Source: Eledone cirrhosa (taxonomy: Eukaryota). From it: DNA of 64,000 nt. Below are positions 36,993-50,723 of the stretch, piece after piece. The notes beneath the pieces are model-generated. The model made no database searches. It saw only the letters and a list, made by a program, of their open reading frames with translations, and was not told where the DNA came from. Position numbers and translations under genes: made by a program. The DNA lies in assembly GCA_964016885.1 (NCBI GenBank), contig OZ024740.1:221278001-221342000 (forward strand), in the 5' to 3' direction. Numbering within the stretch: position 1 is the stretch's first letter; each line of letters opens with the position of its first letter.

Positions 36993-37365
36993 CTCCAGTT
37001 GGTGCGAGCAATAGCTAAATAAAGCTATTGGGACAAGTAAATCGCGTAAAGCGAGCGAGATGTAAACAAACATAGAAGGATAGCAACGCAAAGATAGGAA
37101 AAAACAAACACATGGGAGTCCGATCAGCTTAAGCTGTGTGGATTTCATGAGCGAGAGACAACAGACCGTACGACGCGAGTGAGGTGTGAGCAAAAAAGGA
37201 CCCCACTTCAGGCCAAACGGGAGGAAGTGAGAAGGGGAGAAGCAGAGAATGAGTGAGTGGAAGTGCGAGGAAGAGGCCAGTCGAGAGAAAGTGTAACTGA
37301 CAGAGGGGGCGAAAGAAGGTGAGAGAAACAGAGAGAGAGGGGAGAATCAGTAAGAGAGAAACAGT

Positions 37366-37490
37366 CTTGTGACCTCTTGTGACCTCTTGTGACCTCTTGT
37401 GACCTCTTGTGACCTCTCTTGTGACCTCTTGTGACCTCTCTTGTGACCTCTCTTGTGACCTCTCTTGTGACCTCTTGTGACCTCTCTCTT
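37366..37490. repeat. 10/12-bp minisatellite CTTGTGACCT(CT)
   Basis: Direct tandem run. Confidence 0.95.
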
Positions 37491-37996
37491 ACCGAAGCAT
37501 ATTACATAACTCTATCACGACCTCCACCGATTAACGATAGAACGGAGGTAACTATTAGCTGTCAACATCGAAGGGCTAATTCCTTCGCCAACAGAATATT
37601 TGACCCAACATAGTCATCTAGCCCCATTTTTACTTATAGCTAATAAGTTAAATAGTTATAGCTAACTTAGATAATTATAAGTTACATCCCTTACATTGTT
37701 TCTCAATTAAAAACTTAAAAAATTAGCACTTTTTAACTATAAACTACCCACAATTTCTAATTTCTCGAGGAGTTACTTCCCCTGAAACCACCCTCTAATT
37801 AGTAAGGTAAATGTGTCCATTGGCGGCCATCTTGTTACCCATAGGAAGATCTCACACAATACAGCCTCAACAGAAGAATACTGCTCCACTATGTCAGACA
37901 ATGGATGTACCCAGGACACCATAGTGAAATAACAATATATGGAACATTACATTCATGTAACATTCTTTCCTTATTTTAATTTATATTCCTTTTGAA

Positions 37997-38115
37997 GTTC
38001 CGATGAGCTGCTCTAATTATATCTAAGTTAATTATTTTCAACTGAACCAGATCAATAATGATCTATAATCATTTGATCCATAAATATTATATGGAGTAGC
38101 GAAACAATTGTAAAC
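37997..38115 (+). ncRNA. Type-I hammerhead motif, CCGATGA core, long stem-II insertion
   Basis: GTT-CCGATGA-GCTGCTCT(~78 nt)GGAGTAGC-GAA-ACAATTGT-A-AAC; palindromic stem III. Confidence 0.7.
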
Positions 38116-38233
38116 GGACATTATTATTATTAATATTATTATTATTATTCTCTACATTCCTTACATCAAACTTAAATATGTTTTGAAATTTGTGGTCTTG
38201 TTTTGCTTAACTAATGAATATATATATATATAA

Positions 38234-38297
<64 letters not shown>

Positions 38298-38324
38298 ATA
38301 TATATGCATATATGTATGTGTATG

Positions 38325-38434
<110 letters not shown>

Positions 38435-40136
38435 GATGCCACAGGGTTTCCTAATTACAGCTCCCAAGTAGATACATCAGCGCACAAAGAAGTAGTTTAT
38501 ATCGTCGTAGTAGAATAAAACTGGCGATATATTTGGAATAAGCACTCCAAATATATCCAAAACTTCTTTTACTTCAATAACATTTTTTCCACTTTTTCAA
38601 TAACAGAAAAACTTTTTCTTTGATTGGGTAGTGTATTTGAAAGAAAAAAAATGAGAAGCTGAGCTATTTTCTATCTTGAAAGCAGCAAAAATACATAAAT
38701 AAACCGCTAAAGCAACATACTGTATTGATGGTGAAGGATAATCGAAATCACAGAGGATAAAAAGCTGAAGAAATAAACGATAGAAATAATAAATATAAAG
38801 AACTATAATAATTAAATGGTACACCTCTACATAGTCAACATCCGGAAAATCTAGAGTAAGGTGGAAGATCAAAAAAAAGAAGCAGCATTTACAAACATGA
38901 GAGCAATAAGATGACAATAAGGAGCTCTTGATCTGAACAACATTAAAGTCTTCCCCCCAGCAACTGTCAAACACATGCAAATAAAACGGAATATGAGAGG
39001 ACTGTAAAGATACAATCGATCGCATAGCTTTTGGCTGTAGGTTTCAGTTAAAACCGTATATACTAAGCAATTAGAATATAGCAAGTCTACTTACTGTTCA
39101 TATTCATTTTCTTCAAATGATAACATGAATAAAGTTTACGATATTTCTGTTTATATCGACAGAACATATAACTAAAACAACATCTGTCGTTATCAATAAT
39201 CATAAAATATACCTTTTGATAGATATTTCAATTCTAGAAGATTATATGTACTGCATAGAGAAATATAGAACATGAACTAAATATACAAATAACTAGTATC
39301 TTAGAATTAAAAAAATAGGAAGAACAAATGACAAAATGTTGTGGCATTTTATTTCAAATAACTAAAAATAAAATAGAATAAAAATTCACTGTATACAAAA
39401 ATCTGTATGGTAAGGAATTTCTAATATTCAATACCAACTCAGAAAATAAGGCAAAGAAGAAATATATTGGGTTATGAGCCCCCCAAAACAAACTGCTATC
39501 TATATATTAATTTCAACAATGCAAGTATTCCGTATGTCATAATTCTCCATTATCATTGGTTCATAGGTTTCAAACGACTCCGCCCACCTCAACGACGCCA
39601 AACTTAAATTAATATGCATAATGCCAATGAGGGAGTGAGAGGGGAGAGTGTGAATGCTGTGATGGATACACTATGTATATGTGTCAGTGTAGAGACATGT
39701 GTGATGTGTGTGGAAATAAGAGGGGAAGGAAAGCAATAACTATTAACATGTGTGCGTGTGTAGGTACGTGCGCCTATGTTTATGTGCGTGTGCGTGCGTG
39801 CAGCGTTCTACAGAAAGTAAAAACTATCAACATGTGTGAGTGTGTGCGTGTGTGTAAGTGAACGGGTGCGTGTGTAAGTTTGCGTGCGTGTGCGCGCTTC
39901 CATGCGTGAATGTGTATGTACGTGCGGCGTTCCAAATCACCACGCAATTCATCTGTCTGTGTGCCTGTCTGTCAGTTTAACATACACAGAGTTGTGAAGG
40001 GAGTAAATAGGGACCTTCTTTTACATTGACAGACATCTTTTATATTTATTATTGTCATTTTTTGACAATTGCTCGAAATGAATACTGATAATAAAAGCAA
40101 AATATTTGGATTTGGAAACTCTGCTTCGTAGAATCG

Positions 40137-40233
40137 AGACATATCCGAGGATCTTACGATTTCAGAGTCAGGTTTGATCATTGCATCGATCGTGCCTCGA
40201 GCTGGTTACCAGAGAAACGATTGTAATATGTCT
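40137..40233 (+). ncRNA. Type-I hammerhead motif, CCGAGGA core, long stem II (paralog at 42358-42449)
   Basis: AGACATAT-CCGAGGA-TCT(...)AGA-GAA-ACGATTGT-A-ATATGTCT; 8-bp perfect stem I. Confidence 0.65.
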
Positions 40234-40390
40234 AATAAATCTTATTCGTAGCACCACTGATTCTTCGTTTCTTATGTGATATTATACTCTGCTCTGTAAG
40301 AGCATCGAGTGCTCAAACGGCATACCGCTTACGGGCGCTTTAAGCATCCCACACCAATTATATATATATATAGAGTATATATATATATAT

Positions 40391-40892
40391 TTTTTTTCTT
40401 CTTTTTTTTCTAGGGCGGGTAAAATTCCCGAGATCCATGGACGAGTTCTCTCCAGCGGTCTCTGTCCCTCATTATCGCTGCCATGTCCTGCGTCTCCAAC
40501 AGACCAGTGTCTGTCCTTACGGCATCAACATACGTTAAACTTGGTCTTCCTCTTCAGGTGTGTCCATGCAGGGGCTCCCACAGGAGCACTGAGTGCAATG
40601 TCAACTCTGGATGTCGATGAGCATGTCCAGCTAACCTCAGTCTCATCTGTGTCACTTTTGAGCTGACTTTTGGGAGGCTCCCATACAGCTCTGAGTTTTT
40701 CATCCTCAGTGTATACTGATTAATGTTCAGAGCCATCCTCAGCATTCTCATGTAGCACCCATCCACCATCTGAGTGAGTTTCTTGGTCAGTGTCCAAGTC
40801 TCAGACCCATACAGCAGCACAGACTCCACTACAGCAATGAAGAGGCGGATTTTCAGGTCTTTACGAAGGTCCGACTTCCACACCGATCTCAA

Positions 40893-40893
<1 letters not shown>
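40391..40893 (-). mobile_element. RTE/RTEX-clade LINE 3' fragment in (TA)n
   Basis: KIRLFIAVVESVLLYGSETWTL...MLRMALNI...RLRLAGHAHRH...LLWEP..GRP. Confidence 0.88.
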
Positions 40894-40961
<68 letters not shown>

Positions 40962-41242
40962 GAAAGTAAAATCAAGACGGAAAAATATTATAGAACAATA
41001 CGATACAACGATAGAATGAGAATAATGCTTGATATAGTTGAAACAGATTCTTAGCGTTTCGGAATCTAGTACTTCATCGGCAGATAGAAAAATTGAGGAT
41101 GTTCGGGAGGGATAGGACACAGGAATAAAATGAGATTAAAAATAGATAGAAAAAAGTAGAAAAGATAGAAGCTCGTGTTGTTAATCAAGCCATGTGTATA
41201 AATTATTCATATATATAAATTATACATACATACATACATGCA

Positions 41243-41277
<35 letters not shown>

Positions 41278-41682
41278 ATGTGTGTGGGGGGCTGTGTGTA
41301 TACATTATAAAGATGGAAGGAAAGCGTAGAGTAACATGTAACAGAAAGAAAATATAAAAAATAACAGCAGAAGACAAAACAATAATAAGATACAAATAAA
41401 CAAAAAAAAAAAAAGGCAGTGAAATTAAAATATGTAATACTAAAATATATTATATTGCTTCCAGAAATTGTCTTCCGGAAGAGGAAAATATGAGGAAAAC
41501 GTAAGAATTTCAACAGACGCAAGGAAGTTATATCAAATAGTGTAATATTATATCTTCACGTTCTGATCATATTTCAGGTGTTATATTTACCTGTAAATAT
41601 TGTTCGTTACACAATGCGATAACAGCAGCAGTCAGTCTAGTAAAAACTTACTTAAGCGATAAGATACCTGTAAAGAACCACG

Positions 41683-41742
<60 letters not shown>

Positions 41743-42357
41743 CCAAGGAAGTGTGGTAAGGAACCAGATGGACCATAGCGAACCAGATGGACCATAGCGA
41801 ACCAGAGAACTCAATACTTAGCGTAGTAGAGTGTATATATATATATATATATACGGTGCATGTGTGCGTGTGTGTGTGTTTGTGGGTGAGGGTGTAAAGG
41901 AATGTGTGGGTATGTGTATGTGAGTCGCTACGTTTCTTGCCTTTCATGTCCGTGTGTGTGTGTGTGTGTGTGCGTGTGTGTGTGTGACGGTGTAAGGGTA
42001 TGTGTGTGTATGTATATGTGAATAGCTATGTTTCTTGCTTTTCATGTCCGAATTTTATCTCCCCTCTCTGCTTGCCAGGGACACCGGCCCCTAAGTGTGA
42101 CCTACCAACTAAATCTAGCAGTGAAAGGCAGGCCGTCGGCCTTCCACGCATGAAAGCACACCACAACTTGACCTGATGAGAGACATAAGTTACTTCGGGG
42201 ATAGGATGATGATGATGATGATGATGTTGATGAGGATAAGGATGAGATAATGAACCAATGAGCTGGTGTAGAATACCACGCTGTTAAAATGTGCTGTAGA
42301 TAGCTAATAGCTAGAGATTTTCACGCATAGAATCGGAGACGAGATCACATAGGAAAT

Positions 42358-42449
42358 ACATATCTGACAATCTTTCGTATACAGAGTCAGGTTCGATCTA
42401 TAATAGGTCTTTCCTCGAACTAATCGATAGTGAAACATATGTAATATGT
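42358..42449 (+). ncRNA. Type-I hammerhead remnant (CTGACAA core), long stem II
   Basis: ACATAT-CTGACAA-...-GAA-ACATATGT-A-ATATGT; shares CAGAGTCAGGTT(T/C)GATC insert with 40137-40233. Confidence 0.6.
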
Positions 42450-43031
42450 TATTAAATATGTTATGATGCAACACTGAATCCTTGTTCCTTTACTCTTATA
42501 GTATATATTTTTTACCACCGTCGTAAAAAAACCCTTCTGGATTATCTCCCTTTCCCTTCTCCTCCTCACCTTTGGTTGCTCGTGTCTCTCTCTCATTTTC
42601 TCCTGTCTATGTGATAGGCAGCACGATTATACCAGCTCTCAGTCGTAGCTGACCACCAGGCAAAAGTCTCTCAGGTTGGCCACAACTTACTTTCCATATT
42701 TTTCCACGGTTACTCTTTTGCATATTTCTTTCACCCGTGTCTTCCCACGATGGGACCTGTTCACTTTTTTCTCCTATTCTTTTTCTATTTTTCCCCCTCC
42801 CCCCTCTGTTCTTCCGCCTTTCCCGCTCTTTCCTTTTCTCTCTCCTTTTTTCTCCCCTTTTTTCTCTCTTTCTCTCTCCTGGTCTTTTGATTAATAAAAG
42901 GCCTCGGGCGCACCCGAACTCCACCGATGTCCTGTAATCCAGCGCCGAAACATCGGCTCAGGAAACATTTACAGCTGACGAAGGAAACTCCTTTCTTCCT
43001 TTCTCCTGTTGTTCCGTCCTATCCACCATCC

Positions 43032-43069
<38 letters not shown>

Positions 43070-43151
43070 AAAGTTCTATTTAAATTGTTGGGATACAACA
43101 AGCAAATATTTTTATAACTGATATAAAGCACTCGACAAGTATTTGGAGTAA

Positions 43152-43478
43152 ATATACGATATTAACAAATGGAAACTATATTTATAAAACCATATTTATT
43201 TTATTATACATATTCAAGGATACCATGTTAAATTATGGTATGCCTTCATCAGACAAAATACAATATATACCAGTTTTATAAATAAACGTTGACGTACCCT
43301 TTCAAAATGCAACCGTTACTTTTGGAAGACATCAGGATACTATCAATGTTTATTTATAAAACTGGTATATATTGTATTTTGTCTGATGAAGGCATACCAT
43401 AATTTAACATGGTATCCTTGAAATATGTATAATAAAATAAATATGGTTTTATAAATATAGTTTCCATTTGTTAACATC

Positions 43479-43484
<6 letters not shown>
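43152..43484. repeat. Inverted repeat (~140-bp arms, 50-bp spacer) carrying a hammerhead, next to (TA)n
   Basis: 43152-43292 is the reverse complement of 43343-43484 with few mismatches. Confidence 0.95.
43375..43439 (+). ncRNA. Type-I hammerhead motif
   Basis: CTGATGA-AGG(C)ATACCAT(aatttaac)ATGGTATCCT-T-GAA-ATATGT-A; stem I weak. Confidence 0.7.
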
Positions 43485-43539
<55 letters not shown>

Positions 43540-44168
43540 AAAAAGAGTCAGGACACCGACGGCTGAGCTCCGGTCATTTCGACAGCTAGATATATATATG
43601 AAGGCGCATGGTTAGTGGTTAAAGCATTGAGCTTGCAATCGGAAGGTTGTGAGTTCGATTCTTCGACAGGGTGATGTGTTGTGTCCTTGAGCAAAACACT
43701 TCATATATGTGTGTATATGTTTATATACATGATACTTCCTAATACACAAAATGTAAAAATAGTAATTGTATGTGTGAACTCAAAATGTAAAGGGACGTAA
43801 TATATAATGGCTTCTGATTTAGGCACAAGGCAAGCAATGCTGGAGAAGAGGGGAAGTCATTAAATCGACCGAAGTGCGTTACTGGTACTTTATTTAATCG
43901 ACCCCGCAAGGATGAAGAGTAAAGCAAAACTCGGCAAGATTTGAACTCAGAACAAGGTCCGCAAATATATGTCACAAAGAATGTTGTCCGTCGCTCTACT
44001 GATACTGCCAATCTAACACCCCTGTAAAGCTAAAATAATGTTTAATATTAGAAGTTTCTCCGATGTTATTGGAATGCTGGCTTCTCAAAATAGACTGTTT
44101 TGAGAAGTCTGTAGTATCGACAAAACATCGAAGTAACAGTCACTCTTGTTAATAAATATTGCATTATG

Positions 44169-44212
<44 letters not shown>

Positions 44213-44453
44213 CATACATACATAGATTCACACACACACATATATATGCATGCATGCATACGCCGATGCACACACATATATTTATATATATATATATATA
44301 TGAAACATCATATACTTTTGTCTTAAGAAAACTATGTATTTAAATATTTATGGTCGTATGTACGTACGTAAATATGTATATGTCTGTATGTCAGTCTGTT
44401 TTTCTGGCTGTATGTATTATATATATTTAAATATGTATATGCATGTATGTATG

Positions 44454-44643
44454 TTCTTCTGGTTTTATAATTTCACAAATTTCTTTTCCCAATAGAGAGA
44501 AAGTCGGTTTCTAACATAGACACAAGACTCTCTCATTGGAATTTACACAACATCAACTAGGTAGATATGTATGTATGCATGTGTAGATATGGATGTTATT
44601 GTAAGTGTGGATGTGGATGTTTTGAGTTGTATGTGTGCATGTG

Positions 44644-44648
<5 letters not shown>
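44454..44648 (-). mobile_element. R4/Dong family A 3' UTR fragment in (TATG)n
   Basis: Matches 6611-6812 and 1970-2160; same 3' breakpoint as the 6611 copy. Confidence 0.9.
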
Positions 44649-44675
<27 letters not shown>

Positions 44676-44851
44676 TGTATGTATGTATGTATGTATGTAT
44701 GTATGTATGTATGTATGTATGTATGTATCGATATGTGTACTTTTAACTATTGTTTCCGCCATGTTATTGATTCCAGATATTTGTTTATGTTGTCTCAAAC
44801 AAATGTGTCATATTTAACTGAATTCTGCTCACTTGTCTATTTTTAAGCCAC

Positions 44852-46260
44852 CTCTTTGTAACGTTAGCTCTTACTGTTGCTATCGTTGTTTAACCCTAGG
44901 TCTGTCTAACCTCTTTGTAACTTTAGCTCTTACTGTTGCTATCGTTGTTTAACCCTAGGTCTGTCTAACCTCTTTGTAACGTTAGCTCTTACTGTTGCTA
45001 TCGTTCTTTAACCCTAGGTCTGCCTCACCTCTATGTAACGTTAGCTCTTACTGTTGCTATCGTTGTTTAACCCTAGGTCTGTCTAACCTCTTTGTAACGT
45101 TAGCTCTTACTGTTGCTATCGTTGTTTAACCCTAGGTCTGTCTAACCTCTTTGTAACTTTAGCTCTGACTGTTGCTATCGTTGTTTAACCCTAGGTCTGT
45201 CTAACCTCTTTGTAACGTTAGCTCTTACTGTTGCTATCGTTCTTTAACACTAGGCCTGTCTCACCTCTTTGTAACGTTAGCTCTTACTGTTGCTATCGTT
45301 CTTTAACCCTAGGCCGGTCTCACCTCTTTGTAACGTTAGCTCTTACTGTTGCTATCGTTCTTTAACCCTAGGTCTGTCTCACCTCTTTGTAACGTTAGCT
45401 CGTACTGTTGCTATCGTTGTTTAACCCTAGGTCAGTCTCAGCTCAACCTAATATTAGCTCTTACTGTTGCTATCGTTGTTTAACCCTAGGTCTGTCTCAC
45501 CTCAACCTAATATTAACTCTTACTGTTGCAATCGTTGTTTAACCCTAGGTCTGTCTCACCTCAACCTAATATTAGCTCTTATTGTTGCAATCGTTGTTTA
45601 ACCCTAGGTCCGTCTCACCTCAATCTAATATTAAGTCTTACTGTTGCTATCGTTGTTTAACCCTAGGTCTGTCTAACCTCTTTGTAACGTTAGCTCTTAC
45701 TGTTGCTATCGTTGTTTAACCCTAGGTCTGTCTAACCTCTTTGTAACGTTAGCTCTTACTGTTGCTATCGTTGTTTAACCCTAGGTCTGTCTCACCTCTT
45801 TGTAACGTTAGCTCTTACTGTTGCTATCGTTGTTTAACCCTAGGTCTGTCTCACCTCTATGTAACGTTAGCTCTTACTGTTGCAATCGTTGTTTAACCCT
45901 AGGTCTTTCTCACCTCAATCTAATATTAAGTTTTACTGTTGCTATCGTTGTTTAACCCTAGGTCTGTCTCACCTCAACCTAATATTAGCTCTTACTGTTG
46001 CTATCGGTGTTTAACCCTAGGTCAGTCTCACCTCAACCTAATATTAGCTCTTACTGTTGCTATCGTTGTCTAACCCTAGGTCAGTCTCACCTCAACCTAA
46101 TATTAACTCTTACTGTTGCAATCGTTGTTTAACCCGAGGTCTGTCTCGCCTCAACCTAATATTAGCTCTTACTGTTGCTGTCGTTATTTAACCCTAGGTC
46201 TGTCTCACCTCAACGTAATGCTGAAGATCTTACGGTTGCTATTGTTGTTCAACCCTCAAT
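44852..46260. repeat. 59-bp minisatellite, ~24 units, two variant types in blocks; degenerate longer units continue to ~46800
   Basis: Unit CTCTTTGTAACG (type A) or CTCAACCTAATA (type B) + TTAGCTCTTACTGTTGCTATCGTTGTTTAACCCTAGGTCTGTCT(A/C)AC. Confidence 0.97.
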
Positions 46261-47027
46261 GTAATACTATATCACTTACTGTTGCTGTCGTTGTTTAACC
46301 CAAGTTGAGTCTCAGCTAGAGCAAACCAGTCAAGGCAGTAACACATGAGATTTCAAGAAGTTTTAGATGCTATGTTCGTTCACTGAATATGTTATAGCTC
46401 TTACTCTTGCAGTCGTTGTTTAAACCCTAGGTCAGTTTCACTTTGAGCAAACCAGACATGGTGGTAAAATATGTGATTTGAAGCAGTCTTATGTGTTATG
46501 TTGGTTATAGTTCTTACCGTTGCCGTCGTTATTTAACCGTAAATCAATCTGAATTCGACCAAACCAGACATGACGTTAAAATATGTGATACGAAGAAGTC
46601 TCTATTTTATGCCACCTCAACTTAATGTTAGCTTTTACTGTTGCTCATACTATTGTTATTGTTATTTAACCCTAGGTCAGTTTCAATTCGAGCAAACCAT
46701 GGTGATAAAATATGTGATTCGGAGAAGTTTTAGGCGCTAGTTATGATTGCTGTCGTTGTTTAACCCTAGGCCAGTCTAAATCAGAACAAACACTTGATTA
46801 AAGGTGTTCCAATCTAGTTTGGTTTTCAATACTATATTTATCAAGTGAAGAGGTCATGTAAGGATATCCTCGTTTAATGGTTACATTGTTGTTTTTGTTT
46901 AGCGCAAGATCAGCCCTGATCAGGCAGACCTTTGATCAAAGTCCACTCATCCGTGACCATCTCGTATTTTTAGGAATATGTATGACTACTTTTTCTAATG
47001 TGTCCTTTTATCATTAGTATGAGTTAG

Positions 47028-47450
47028 GGCGGTGGATTTGCAGAATTGGTAGAGTGTCTGACAACATGCTTTCCGGCATATAGTTACGGCCCTTTACGTT
47101 CTGAGTTCAAATCCCACCGAGTTTAGCTTTACCTTTCATCCTTACAGGGTTGATGAAATAACGTACAAGTACTGAACTGGGGGTCGTTTTATCGACTTTC
47201 ACCCCTTCTCTTTAAATTGCTGGCCTTGTGCTAAAAGTAGAAACAGTTATATGTATGTGTTAGGGAGGTGGATTGGTAGAATTGTTAAAATTGCGGCCCT
47301 TCATGTTCTGAATTCAAATCTCACCGAGGTGAACTTTGCTTTTTATCCTTCCGGGTCGATAAGATAAAGTACCAGTCACGCACTGGGGTCAATCTACTCG
47401 GTTTTTCCTTCCACAACAATCTTTGGCCTTGTACCTAAATTAGAAATTAT
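47028..47450 (+). mobile_element. Two diverged tRNA-derived SINE copies
   Basis: GGCGGTGGATT head, B-box, core motif. Confidence 0.8.
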
Positions 47451-47475
47451 TGTTTATATTTACGCCTGTGTGTGT

Positions 47476-47577
<102 letters not shown>

Positions 47578-48567
47578 TCTGAGGGAGATTTGGCTACTAT
47601 TTTTAGCTGGCCGAGCGACTGCGTGTTATCTCCCTAGTCGATTGCTTGTGTTTATATATAATGTTATAGTTGTTGTTTTAGTCAGGTTAGTGTTTTACGG
47701 ATGTAATGAAATACTGATATTGTGCTCTTCTCTTTCTTCCCCTCTAAAATTTTAACTGTCTATCTATCCAAATCTCTTTCTCTCTCCCTCTCTAAATGTG
47801 TTGTAGAATTCTCTAAGGAATTCTTGAACTGCTATATTGAAACAGAAATAAAGAGACAGAGAAAAAAGTGCATGAGTGAGAAAGAGGATGTTATATATAA
47901 CATGAAATCTAAATATAAAAACATTACATTTATTTGTTCGATATTGGAAAGGAGAAAAAAGTGTCACAGGGGAAGTAAAATAGAGATCGATTTCTTTTAA
48001 ATTACTCTTATGTATTGTGAGAAAAGTTTGTAATAATTTATAAATAGAATCGAAAAAGAAAAACATAAATAAAAAGCGAAACAAATAAAAAAAAATATAT
48101 ATATAAAAACGAAAAAAGATTAAAATATAAATTTAAATGTATCAAAATTCATAGAACAAAACAAAAAAATTATTTCATAAATTTTTATTTTGTAAAGCAA
48201 ACGTGAAAGAGAAAGAAAGAACAAAGAACTTCGCTTTTTATCTATTATCATTATTATTATTATTATTATTATTTATTAAACATTAGATTTACATAAGTAA
48301 ATTATGAAAACAACTGTATTTTTCAATCTGAGTTTACCCATCACTAAAACGAAATAAAAATCAATAAATTCAATTGATAAAAATAATGATTGTTTTTTCA
48401 TTTACGCTCAAGGGCACCAAATGCTTATTTTCAACTCAACTCAAGGACAAACGAAATTGTTGGCCACAAATCCGGTCTTCTACATAGAAAGAGATGATTG
48501 AATTATTGAGCGAAGAGGTGGGGTCACCAGAACTATCGAGGGTGGTTCTAGCGTGTCTGACCTAGTG

Positions 48568-48737
48568 TTAAACACCACCGCTTGCCCCACCACCACTTCC
48601 AACAGCACCACTTCCTCCACCACCACTACCACCACTTCCATTAGCACCACCAGCACCAACAGCACCACCACCACTCCCACTACCATCATTATTTCCACCA
48701 CCACCACCGCCACTGCCACCACTACCGCCGCCGCCGC
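48568..48737 (-). other. Possible Gly/Ser-rich terminal coding exon of a host gene
   Basis: GGN-rich frame GGGGSGGSGGGGGGNNDGSGS...GGASGGV*, preceded by TTGTTGCTCCTGTCAATTGGTAG (possible acceptor) and followed by non-repetitive then AT-rich sequence; could equally be a decayed (GGT)n repeat. Confidence 0.25.
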
Positions 48738-48767
48738 TACCAATTGACAGGAGCAACAACAAAAATA

Positions 48768-50037
48768 ATTGTTTCTACTTTTGACTCAAGGCCAGCAATT
48801 TGAAGGGAACAGGAAAGTCGATTATAGAAACCCAGTACATTACTGGTACTTTATTTTATCAACCCCGTAAGGATGAAAAATAAAGTTATCCTCAGCAAGA
48901 TTTGAATTCAGAATGTAGAAGTCGTAATTAAATACCACAAAGCATTTTGTCCGACGCTCTACCAACACTGCCTACTTTAATAATCGTTTCTAGTATAGGC
49001 ACAAGGCCAGTAATTGGGGGGGGGAGTCGATTAAATCGACCCCAGTACGTTACAGGTGCTTTATTTTATCGATCCCGTAAGAATGAAAGTGAAAGTTAAC
49101 CTCGGCAGGATTTGTACTCACACCGTAAAGGGCCGTAACTCTATGCTGCAAAGCATGGCGTCCTACTCTCTACCGATTATGCCAATCCCCCCTTTTGATC
49201 TAGGCATAAGGCCAACACTTTGGGGAGAGAGGAGAGTCGATTAAATATACCCCAGTGCATTACTGGTACTTTATTTTTAATCGACCCCGTAAGGATAAAA
49301 GGCAAAGTTAACCTCGGCGGGATTTGAACTCAGACCGTAAAGGGCCGTAACTGTATGCTGCAAAGCATGGTGTCCGACTCTACTGTTACTGCCAATCCAC
49401 CCTGCTCTGCCTATCTTAATAATAATAATTGTTTCTACTTTTGGCACAATGCCAGAAATTACCCAGTACATTACTGGTACTTTCTTTTATCGACCCCGTA
49501 AGGATGAAAGGCAAAGTTAACCTCGGCGGGATTTGAACTCAGACCCTCCACTGATACTGCCAATTCACCGCCCTTTCTTATCTTAATAATAATAATAATA
49601 ATGATTATATCAATCGTAAAGATGGAGTTTATGATAATGTTTCTATTTGTTATAAATGTCAACGCAAATACATTAGTGTTCAAGTATATTGATGATGGCA
49701 TACATTTAGGCATACTTATCTGAATAAGAGAAAAATGACAAAAACGTAAACTACCAGGGCCGGCGCTATTAGTAAGACCAAATAGGCAGCCATCCAAGAC
49801 GCAACTGAATCTTTAAGGATCGCTGTTTTATACAAATGTGTATAACTAAATATAATTGTTTCTACTTTTGGCACAAGGGCAACCATTTTCCCAGTACATT
49901 ACTGGTACTTTATTTTATCGACCCCGTAAGGATGAAAGGCAAAGGTAACCTCGTCGGGATTTGAACTCACATCATAAAGGGACGTAACTCTCTGCTGCAA
50001 AGCATGGCATCCGACCCTCTACCATACTGCCAATCCA
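48768..50037 (-). mobile_element. Cluster of five tRNA-derived SINE copies on the minus strand
   Basis: Repeated reverse-complement core at ~48840, 49060, 49262, 49472 and 49900. Confidence 0.9.
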
Positions 50038-50342
50038 ATGAAGGTGTATAATTAAATATAATGATTTCTTGCGATCAATAAATTAATTGTTAAACGTCTT
50101 TGTCGCGTAGCAAAAGTGTTGGAGAGGATCGCATTGTGTTATGACTTCTCACATGATTTGACGTGGGTGAGTGTTGTCTGTGTAGTGGAAAATACAGGCT
50201 TAGTGATATTTTTTTTAGTTTGGTCAGAGCATGAAGTATCAGAAAATAGGTTTGTTATGTTACCAAACTGTAAGTTGAAATTTGGAAAAAATGGGGCACA
50301 TAACTGGAAGAAGAGGGTGCACGTTGTAGTGTTAGTCTAGAG

Positions 50343-50659
50343 CAGGGGCGTGCAAAAGGCAGCCCGCGGGCCACAATCCAGCCTGCCATCCACTCAGAAT
50401 GGCTCGCGATGACCGTTTTTAATTTTTACCTTGTAGGATTATTTAGAATTTTTTTCGTAACCGTAATACAATTTTCTGTTAGTTGACCTATACTAAAGGG
50501 CTTCACTGATAGGGTTATGTGTGTTATAATTTCCCAGCTCCATGTTATGGAAAGAAGTTGTGGAGAATCTTTGGAATAGTACTTAATAAATATTGATGGC
50601 CCTAATAGTGGTTCCAATGTTCAAAAGTGGCCCGCCAATGAATATGTTGCACACCCCTG
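50343..50659. mobile_element. hAT (Charlie-like) MITE, 317 bp
   Basis: TIRs CAGGGGCGTGCAA / TTGCACACCCCTG; perfect 8-bp TSD GTCTAGAG. Confidence 0.92.
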
Positions 50660-50723
50660 GTCTAGAGCATTAAATAACTAGGCGCTGGCATTGCTAACAA
50701 CATAACATTATGTACATATATAA

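Noticed and set aside
38597-39084. 142-aa and 71-aa minus-strand ORFs
   Set aside because: AT-rich, Phe/Tyr/Ile-biased, with no recognisable domain
42165-43000. Additional hammerhead candidates (CTGATGA at ~42173, CTGACGA at ~42975; also ~7103 and ~62116)
   Set aside because: No correctly placed GAAA/UH and pairing stems could be assembled
44890-46200. Interstitial telomeric repeat (TAACCC in each unit)
   Set aside because: A single hexamer per 59-bp unit, never tandem
44852-46260. CRISPR-like array
   Set aside because: The variable part is only 12 bp with two recurring types, there are no unique spacers or cas genes, and the context is eukaryotic
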